Shown: piece after piece, positions 36,777-44,492 of the stretch
Position numbering within the stretch: the first letter of the stretch is position 1
How the letters are laid out: every line of letters starts with the position of its first letter
Source of the DNA: Chiloscyllium plagiosum
Lineage: Eukaryota
DNA: 44,492 bases
Assembly (NCBI RefSeq): GCF_004010195.1
Contig: NC_057719.1
Coordinates: forward strand, 39,312,712 to 39,357,203
Reading direction: 5' to 3'
Program-made: the position numbers and the translations under genes
The notes under the pieces: generated by a model
What the model was told of the DNA's origin: nothing
Database searches by the model: none
What the model saw: only the letters and a program-made list of their open reading frames with translations

Positions 36777-37681
36777 CTACAATGTGGGAGGACTCGTGGC
36801 ATAATGGTAGTGCCAGAAAGCTGGGGTGCAAGGTTTCAGAGGTGTCATAACATCTCTGACCAGGTTCATTAAAGTTGCCTGCCTGAGATGTGGGCTGCAA
36901 ATTTGAACTATCCCAACGTAACATTCTCATCCTATTTCTGCCCTAGTCTTCAACTCCATCCCTCAATCTTGTTATGCAAATTCGTTCTAGAAATTACCTA
37001 CAAATGTTCAACAAGAAAAACATGTCCCAACCATAGTATAAATTGATTTTGAAATATTCCCATCTAGTCTCCATCTTGTTTTTTTCCCATTTGTTCATGG
37101 GATATGGGCATTGCTGGCTAGGCTGAATGCTGTGCAATCAGTGAATTTCTTCAATTCTGACCTCAGTGGAGGACTCCTGATGCTATATTTGGTCAAATGC
37201 TGCCTTTGATGTCAAGAATGGTCAGTCTTGCCTCACCTCTGGTGTTCAACTCTTTTGTCATAACAGGGACCAAAGTTCCTGCATATTCATCACTGGATTT
37301 GTTATGGACAGACCACACACCTCAAAATATTTTAAGAATGTAGCCTAGACCCTAACTTTTTCTTATTTTAAAGGTAGATGTGAAGTGCATGTTGCGGATG
37401 TGATGCGACTGGTCAAACTACACAACATCAAGCAATTTATTTAAACACTAGTTAAAATACAAACAAGAGAAAAAGGAATTTATAACTATTGGAAAACTTA
37501 ACCGAATAATAGATACAGTACCTATTATAATTAACTGTTCCAATATAATAACATTCCATAAACACACACCCCTTGGCAAAAAGGTAAGTTCAGACACAGT
37601 CTCTTATGCAGTTTTCCAATCCAGGAGGAAACAACATCAAGAAAGATTTCAGAGAAAGTAGCAGCTTGAAATCATTTACCA

Positions 37682-38015
37682 AGGCACGATGACTGAGTGG
37701 TTAACACTGTTGCCTTACAGAACCAGTGACCCGGGTTTGATGCTAGTCTTGGGCGACTGTCTATGTTGAGTTTGCACACTCTCCCCGTGTCTGCGTGGGT
37801 TTCCTCCGTGTGCTCTGATTTCCTCCTACAATCCAAAGATGTGCAGGTTAGGTGAATTGGCCATGCTAAATTGCCCCATAGTGTTCAAGGATGTGTGGGT
37901 CAGGTGCATTGGTCAGAGGAAATGTAGGGTAATGGGTCTGGGTGGGATACTCTTTGGAGGGGCTTTGTGGACTTGTTGGGTCAATAAAGGCCTGTTTCTA
38001 CACTGTAGGGATTCC
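37682..38015 (+). mobile_element. HE1-type SINE
   Basis: ggcacgatgactgagtggttaacact head, gagtttgcacactctccccgtgtctgcgtggg body, cctgtttctacactgtagggatt tail. Confidence 0.9.
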
Positions 38016-38154
38016 AATTCCAGTTCTAAGCTTCCAACCGTTCTGGGACCACAAATAGCTTCTAACTGCTGTAGCTGAAAATACTAGAAAGCCCAGTCTG
38101 TGAGAACTGGCCACTCCCCTTCCATTGTCACAACTGTGTTAAAAAAAACCGGAA

Positions 38155-38698
38155 GGGGTACAAGTTATTGGTCAGGTCACATTTTGCGAATATTGCATGC
38201 AATTCTGGTCTCCCTCCTATAGGAAGGATGTTGTGAAACTTGAAAGAGTTCAGAAAAGATTTACAAGGCTGTTGCCAGGGTTGTTGGGTTTGAGCTATAG
38301 GAAGAGGCTGAATAGGCTGGGGCTGTTTGGAGGCTGAGGGGTGACCTTATAGAGGGTTATAAAATCATGAGAGGCTTGGATAAGATAAATAGACAAGGTC
38401 TTTTCCGTGGGATGGGGGAGTCCAGAACTAGAGGGCATAGGTTTAAGATGAGAGGGAAAAGATGTAAAAGAGATTGGAGGGGCAACGTTTTCACGCAGAG
38501 GGTGTGTATGTATGGAATGAGCTGCCAGAGAAAGTGATGGAGGCTGATATAATCATAACATTTAAAAGGCATCTGATGGATACATGAATAGGAAGGGTTA
38601 AGAGGGATATGGACCAGGTGCTGGCAAATGATTAATCTCAGCATGGACGAGTTGGACCAAAGGGTCTGTTTCCATGCTGTATCTCTCTATGACTCTGT
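38155..38698 (+). mobile_element. HER1/CR1-type 3' fragment
   Basis: EYCMQFWSP, ERVQKRFTR; tail ctgtatctctctatgactct. Confidence 0.9.
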
Positions 38699-38829
38699 GC
38701 CTCCTAAATTGTTGATTTACATTATCTCCAGTAGCCAGTTTGATACCTTTGCCTTTACAACCTCTCTTCAGAAAAAAAACAAGGACAAAATAACATTTCT
38801 AAAGTGATAATATCGTCACAGATGTCAGA

Positions 38830-39340
38830 GAGGCAATCTAATAAAGACATTGGACATGCCAAGAGAGGTTATGGTGAGATGGAGCAGGGTAGTATTGACA
38901 TAAAAGTGAAAACTAATGTGATATCACATGATGTCTCTGAAGACAGCTTGAAAATGAGAAATAAGAGAGTACCAATGATAAGTCCCTGGGGAGTACTAAA
39001 GTTAAAAGTATGGGAATGGAAAGACAAGCCATGGATGGCAATTCTCTATCTATAATAAGATAACTAAGAATAAAACTATGCAGATGCAGTCTTTCCTAGA
39101 TGGGCCATAGTGGATTGGTGTTGGAGAAAAATGATATGATTAACTGCATCAAAGGCTGCTGATAAAATGATAAGGAGTTATGGTTCACCTTTGTTACAGA
39201 CACATATGATATCATTTGCAACTTTGATAATTGCCTTTGGTGCAGTGGCACTGGCAGATTGGAGGAATTCAGTGTTCTGGGAAAAAGGGGCACAGACTAG
39301 AGAGTGATGACATATTCAACGATTTTTAAATGAGATGGTA
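38830..39340 (-). mobile_element. Ancient L2-like RT relic, probably continuing at ~40755-40887 and 41608-41840
   Basis: Reverse complement gives TPQGLIIGTLLFLI (GVPQGSILGPLLF-like) and LSAAFDAVNH. Confidence 0.6.
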
Positions 39341-39388
39341 GTTTCCGAGTCAGGACAGAACAAGAATTATTTTGTCAAGCAAAAAGAG

Positions 39389-40752
39389 AGACCGTATTGT
39401 TGAAGAGGAGAGTGTGAAACGGACTGGTAAGCTAGAAGAGATACTTGTTAGGAAGGAAGATGTGTTGGGCATTTTGAACAACTTGAGGATAGACAAATCC
39501 CTCGGGCCTGACGGGATATATCCTAGGATTATGTGGGATGCAAGAGAGGAAATTGCAGAGCCGTTGGCAATGATCTTTTCGTCTTCACTGTCAACGGGGG
39601 TGGTACCAGGGGACTGGAGAGTGGCGAATGTTGTGCCCCTGTTCAAAAAAGGGAATAGGGATAACCCCGGGAATTACAGGCCAGTTAGTCTTACTTCGGT
39701 GGTAGGCAAAGTAATGGAAAGAGTACTGAGGGATAGGATTCATGAGTATCTGGAAAGCCACTGCTTGATTAAGGACAGCCAGCACGGATTTGTGAAGGGT
39801 AGGTCTTGCCTTACAAGTCTTATTGAATTCTTTGAGGAGGTGACCAAGCATGTGGATGAGGGTAGAGCAGTGGATGTAGTGTACATGGATTTTAGTAAGG
39901 CATTTGATAAGGTTCCCCCTGGTAGGCTTATGCGGAAAGTCAGGAGGCATGGGAAAGAGGGAAATTTGGCCANNNNNNNNNNNNNNNNNNNNNNNNNNNN
40001 NNNNNNNNNNNNNNNNNNNNNNNNNNNNNNNNNNNNNNNNNNNNNNNNNNNNNNNNNNNNNNNNNNNNNNNNNNNNNNNNNNNNNNNNNNNNNNNNNNNN
40101 NNNNNNNNNNNNNNNNNNNNNNNNNNNNNNNNNNNNNNNNNNNNNNNNNNNNNNNNNNNNNNNNNNNNNNNNNNNNNNNNNNNNNNNNNNNNNNNNNNNN
40201 NNNNNNNNNNNNNNNNNNNNNNNNNNNNNNNNNNNNNNNNNNNNNNNNNNNNNNNNNNNNNNNNNNNNNNNNNNNNNNNNNNNNNNNNNNNNNNNNNNNN
40301 NNNNNNNNNNNNNNNNNNNNNNNNNNNNNNNNNNNNNNNNNNNNNNNNNNNNNNNNNNNNNNNNNNNNNNNNNNNNNNNNNNNNNNNNNNNNNNNNNNNN
40401 NNNNNNNNNNNNNNNNNNNNNNNNNNNNNNNNNNNNNNNNNNNNNNNNNNNNNNNNNNNNNNNNNNNNNNNNNNNNNNNNNNNNNNNNNNNNNNNNNNNN
40501 NNNNNNNNNNNNNNNNNNNNNNNNNNNNNNNNNNNNNNNNNNNNNNNNNNNNNNNNNNNNNNNNNNNNNNNNNNNNNNNNNNNNNNNNNNNNNNNNNNNN
40601 NNNNNNNNNNGCAGAGTCAGAATCATTGGCGACCTTTAAGCGGCAATTGGATAGGTACATGGATGGGTGCTTAAGCTAGGACAAATATTCGGCACAACAT
40701 CGTGGGCCGAAAGGCCTGTTCTGTGCTGTATTGTTCTATGTTCTATGTTCTA
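39389..40752 (+). mobile_element. Young CR1 LINE RT fragment spanning an N-gap
   Basis: Open frame GNYRPVSLTSVVGK, QHGFVKGRSC, YMDFSKAFDKVP; CpG-rich; (gttctat)3 tail. Confidence 0.95.
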
Positions 40753-40887
40753 TAATGACATCACTTTTGAAGGTGGCAGGGAAAATACTTGTGGAGTGAA
40801 AACTGTTAACTGACAGCATGGGAGTCAGGAAGGGATGTAAGTTGGCTGATCAATAGTTTAGTAAAAGTAGCATTGACAGTAGGAGAT

Positions 40888-41597
40888 TTAAAGTTTTTGT
40901 GAAGATCTGTAGCTCGGAGCTAGCTGGATTCATTGTTGGTCTGTTCACTGACCGGGCAGACATTTTGTCCCCTTTCTAGTTGACATCATCAGTGCTGTGT
41001 TGCCTCCTGTGAAGTGTTGCTGAACTGTTCCGCTTTGAATTGATGTGGTTCTGTTTGAGCTGTTTCCAGTTAGTGTTGGTTCCGGTTTTGTATTGCAGCG
41101 GTTTGTATATTGGGTCCAGGTCAACGTGTTTGTTGATGGAATCTGAGGAGTACAACCATGCTTCCAGAAGTTCTCTTGCTGTTCTTTATTTAGCCTGTCC
41201 TAGTAATAGTTGTGTTGTTCCAGTCGAACTCATGGTTCCTGATGTCCATGTATATGGATATACATGGTATAGCCACTATACCAACTAGCAACCGATTGAC
41301 ACGACCAACTCTCCCTGATATCCATACACACGGACATCAAGAAGCTCGAGTTTGACTGGGACTTCACAATTATATGAGGACAGGCTAAACAAAAAACAAC
41401 AAGAGAATTCCTGGAAGCATGGTGGTACTCCTCGGACTTCATCAACAAACAAGATGACCTGGACCCAATATACAAACTGCTACAATGGAAAACTGGAATT
41501 GGCACTGACTGGAAAGAGCTCAAACAGAACCACATAAATTTAAAGCAGAACAGTACAGCAGCACTTCACAGGAGGCAACTGATGATGTCACCTAGAA
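40888..41597. mobile_element. Fold-back PLE, family C (GIY-YIG C-terminus plus pLTR)
   Basis: ~290-bp inverted arms (40973-41261 / 41318-41597); 10-bp TSD agtaggagat (40878-40887 / 41598-41607). Encodes EFDWD...GQAKQKTTREFLEAW...INK...LDPIY, a Penelope/Poseidon-type endonuclease end. Confidence 0.88.
40956..40995 (-). ncRNA. Minimal hammerhead-like motif, family C, CpG-decayed
   Basis: Reverse complement gca-CTGATGA-t-gtc...gac-AAAATGTC-tgc; two CpG transitions from gacGAAACGTC; stem I gca/tgc. Confidence 0.6.
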
Positions 41598-42419
41598 AGT
41601 AGGAGATGGATTGCTAAAACAAAATTAGCTTGGAGAAGATGTGAGGAGAGATAAGAAATAAACCAAAATAAGCTACAAAAAAAGGAGGCTCCTTATAAGC
41701 AGTTTGATCTGGAGTTCTAGGGAATGAACAGAATTTCAGAGATAACAGAGCATCATTAGGATTGAGATCAACCAAAGATGAGTTTCTCATATTTTGTTTG
41801 GAATTAGGGTGTGTCAGGAATTAGGGAACAGTTTAAAGAAGATGATTTACAGAAATGAAATGTCAACGGTTTACCTTTCCATTCCAGAATGATCCACTTT
41901 CTATAGCATTGTGCATTGAATGGAAAATCATGGCATTCTTCAATGTTACAAGTACACTAAAAAGTTAAAAATGATGTGTTAGAAATAGCATACTTAATTG
42001 AATTTTTCCTATCATTTAATAAGGTATATATCATTTTAAATTTTTAAAAAGCTTCACTTTTGATCCTGGAACAGTAGGGAATTTTCACAGATGAAAGCAT
42101 GATTCAATATTCCTTATGTGGTCCAGCCAGTTTTGGTCGTGAATAGTTAAATCACTTCTCCATGAGAATCATTGAAATCTGTGTCCTTTAAACTCAAGGA
42201 GTGGGAATGGCAGCTGTATTCTCCTCAGCTCCTCTCCCCTCACCATTTCTTTCACCAGATAGCTTGGAGAGAAATTATGTTTTTCCAAGCTTAAGATTTA
42301 GCACATCATTGGACTAGCAAAGAGGGAACTCTGTGTTGCATTTAGCCATGATACACCTAATGTAGGATGCTTTCCAGAGCATTGGGTGTGTTGAATGAGA
42401 AATCATGTCATTCTTCAGT

Positions 42420-42793
42420 AAGTGACTTTATAGAGGTTTATGAAATTATGATGGACATGGATAGGGTAAATAGACAAGGTCCCTGATGTGGGGGAGCCCA
42501 GAACTAGAGGGCATAATTTTAGGGAGAGGGAAAAGATTTAAAAGGGTCCTAAGGGACAACTTTTTCACACAAAGGGTGGTATGTGTCTGAAATGAGCTGC
42601 CAGAGGAAGTGGTGGAGGCTGATACAATTGCAACATTTAAAAGGTATCTGGATGGGTATGTGAATAGGAAGTGTTGAGAGAGATATGGGCCAAGTGCTGG
42701 CAAATGGGAATAAATTAATTTAGGATATCTGGTCGGCATGGACAAGTTAGACCAAAGGTCCTGTTTCTGTGCTGTACATCTCTATGACTCTAT
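42420..42793 (+). mobile_element. HER1/CR1-type 3' fragment
   Basis: NELPEEVVEA, FKRYLDGY; tail gtacatctctatgactctat. Confidence 0.9.
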
Positions 42794-42954
42794 AAGTCTT
42801 AAAAATAATAGTTAGAAATAGCAGATTTAATTCAATCTTCACCCTTATTAAAGTATATATAATTTTAGATAGTTTAAAATAAATCCAGGTTCCAGTAAAT
42901 AAGAAGGCACAGGAATATTGTAGATCCAAATTTAGATAGATGAACCTTTTTAAA

Positions 42955-43270
42955 ATTCATTCACAGGATGTGGATGTCACTGATGACACCAGCATTTATT
43001 GCCCATCCCTAATTATCCCGAGGGCAGTCAAGAGTTTACCACATTGCTGGAAGTCTGGAGTACAGGCCAGACAAATAACGATGGCAGATTTCCATCCCTA
43101 AAGGACATTAATGAACCGGATGGATTTTTATGAAAATCAACAGTGGTCACATGGGTACCATTAGACTACCTTTTATTAAGTTCAAATTCCTTATGCCTTG
43201 TCTCCAGAGCACAGGCCTGAGCTTCTAGATTGCTTATCCAGTGACTTTACCTCTAGACCACTAGCTTCCC
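42955..43270 (-). mobile_element. tRNA-derived SINE with L2-type tail
   Basis: Reverse complement has head gggaagctagtggtctagaggtaaagtcactgga, core ggttcattaatgtcctttagggatggaaatctgcc and tail aattagggatgggcaataaatgctgg. Confidence 0.7.
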
Positions 43271-44335
43271 TGGATTACAGATCACAATGTAATTTTAAAC
43301 TAAAATAAGTCGTTTAGTTTTTTTGTCTGTTTTTATATCCTTTTTTTAAAAATATTTTTGAAATGCAGAACATATTTGCATAATAAATTGGAAGATTTTA
43401 TTCATACACTATTGATAATATTATCAAATCTTGAGAAAAGTTGACCTAAATTTATATTATGTGATACCAGTTCCTGAAATGAATAAATTTGAAATTGTTA
43501 TCTGCTAAAAATGGTTAAACTACATGCTTAAAAATAAATGAGCTATTGCTGACACAAATAGTGGAGAGAGTAATTTTAGACATTAAGTACTCACACTAAA
43601 ATACCACAGCATATTTTTCAGGGTTATTATGCTTAACATTGTAATCAACCAGGATTAATAATCTAATGAAACATCTGAACATTGCAAACACTAATTTAGA
43701 ATAGGATCTTCCTTCAGTATTTTTGGTCCACCTTAATACTTCTTTACAAAGAATGTGACAACATCTGAAAACTTGCTTTGTCAATGTATGCCTGAAAATC
43801 GAATTTCAATCCATATTATTAAAATTCCTATTGACCTTGTTATATAACATTCTTGAAATCAAGAAGAATGAAAATTACTGTGATCCAATGAAAATTACTG
43901 TCAGTTTTGATGCATTGGAAGAATTAGGATAAACCACATCACACTCTGTCTTAATTATCAATTTAATTTTATATCATGGAGATTTGCAATACAACTTTGT
44001 TCTGATCAAAATTTAAAGATTTTGAAAGCAAAAGCTTTACAAGTTTCATTAGTGTTCAGAAATATTAGTTGTCCTATTATAGCTACATTAGTTACATTGA
44101 CATTCAGAGCTTTTATTTCACAGTTGAAGCAAATGCAATGTTTAGCTGCTGAAGAAATTTATTGGAAGATAGACGCTTAATTCACAGCTACTTGGCTTTT
44201 CGAAAAAAATTAAGCATTAAACATTCTGCGTGATGAGATTTCTCACTGTGACCACAGCAGCCATATTCATAATGTAGATGGAACATTTGCTGTTCTCAGA
44301 AGGCAGCTTATTGTCAATGGATGATAAGTATAATT

Positions 44336-44492
44336 AAGTGTACGAAATAAGGTAGGTGCAGTTGCAGCGTGGGTTGGTACCTGGGATTTTGATGTTGTGG
44401 CTATTAAGGAGACATGGGTAGAACAGGGACAGGATTGGCTGTTGCAGGTTCCAGGGTTTAAATGTTTTAGTAGAGTCAGAGGTGGGGGTAAA
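44336..44492 (+). mobile_element. CR1 ORF2 APE endonuclease start, cut by window edge
   Basis: SVRNKVGAVAAWVGTWDFDVVAIKETW. Confidence 0.85.

Larger units (their letters stand above)
37300..38820. mobile_element. Probable solo LTR (TGT...ACA) with nested SINE and LINE
   Basis: Begins tgttatggac, ends atcgtcaca, flanked by gatt/gatg (possible 4-bp TSD). No internal coding region. Confidence 0.45.

Noticed and set aside
1..44492. CRISPR array or prokaryotic operon/defence system
   Set aside because: No regularly spaced repeat-spacer array and no intact gene clusters; the sequence is vertebrate repeat-rich DNA.

Overview
Eukaryotic, repeat-dense genomic DNA, almost certainly from an elasmobranch (shark/ray): it carries HE1-type SINEs and HER1/CR1-type LINEs. 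There are two N-gaps (27153-27661, 39973-40610). I recognise no host protein-coding gene, and every recognisable ORF in the track is a retroelement fragment. Contents: nested CR1-clade LINEs (two near full-length, with zinc-finger plus SGNH-esterase ORF1), a Rex1/Babar LINE, L2 relics, several SINE families, a decayed tRNA-Glu fused to an HE1 SINE, a probable solo LTR and one CpG-rich candidate regulatory region. The most interesting signal is a set of Penelope-like element (PLE) insertions from at least three distinct families. Each carries a minimal hammerhead-ribozyme-like motif (CUGAUGA-stem II-GAA-palindromic 4-mer). Six of the seven clear insertions are fold-back (inverted-repeat) structures with 10-19 bp target-site duplications (TSDs). 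In the four short copies the fold-back junction sits at the hammerhead core. Boundaries were read by eye and are approximate unless a TSD is quoted.
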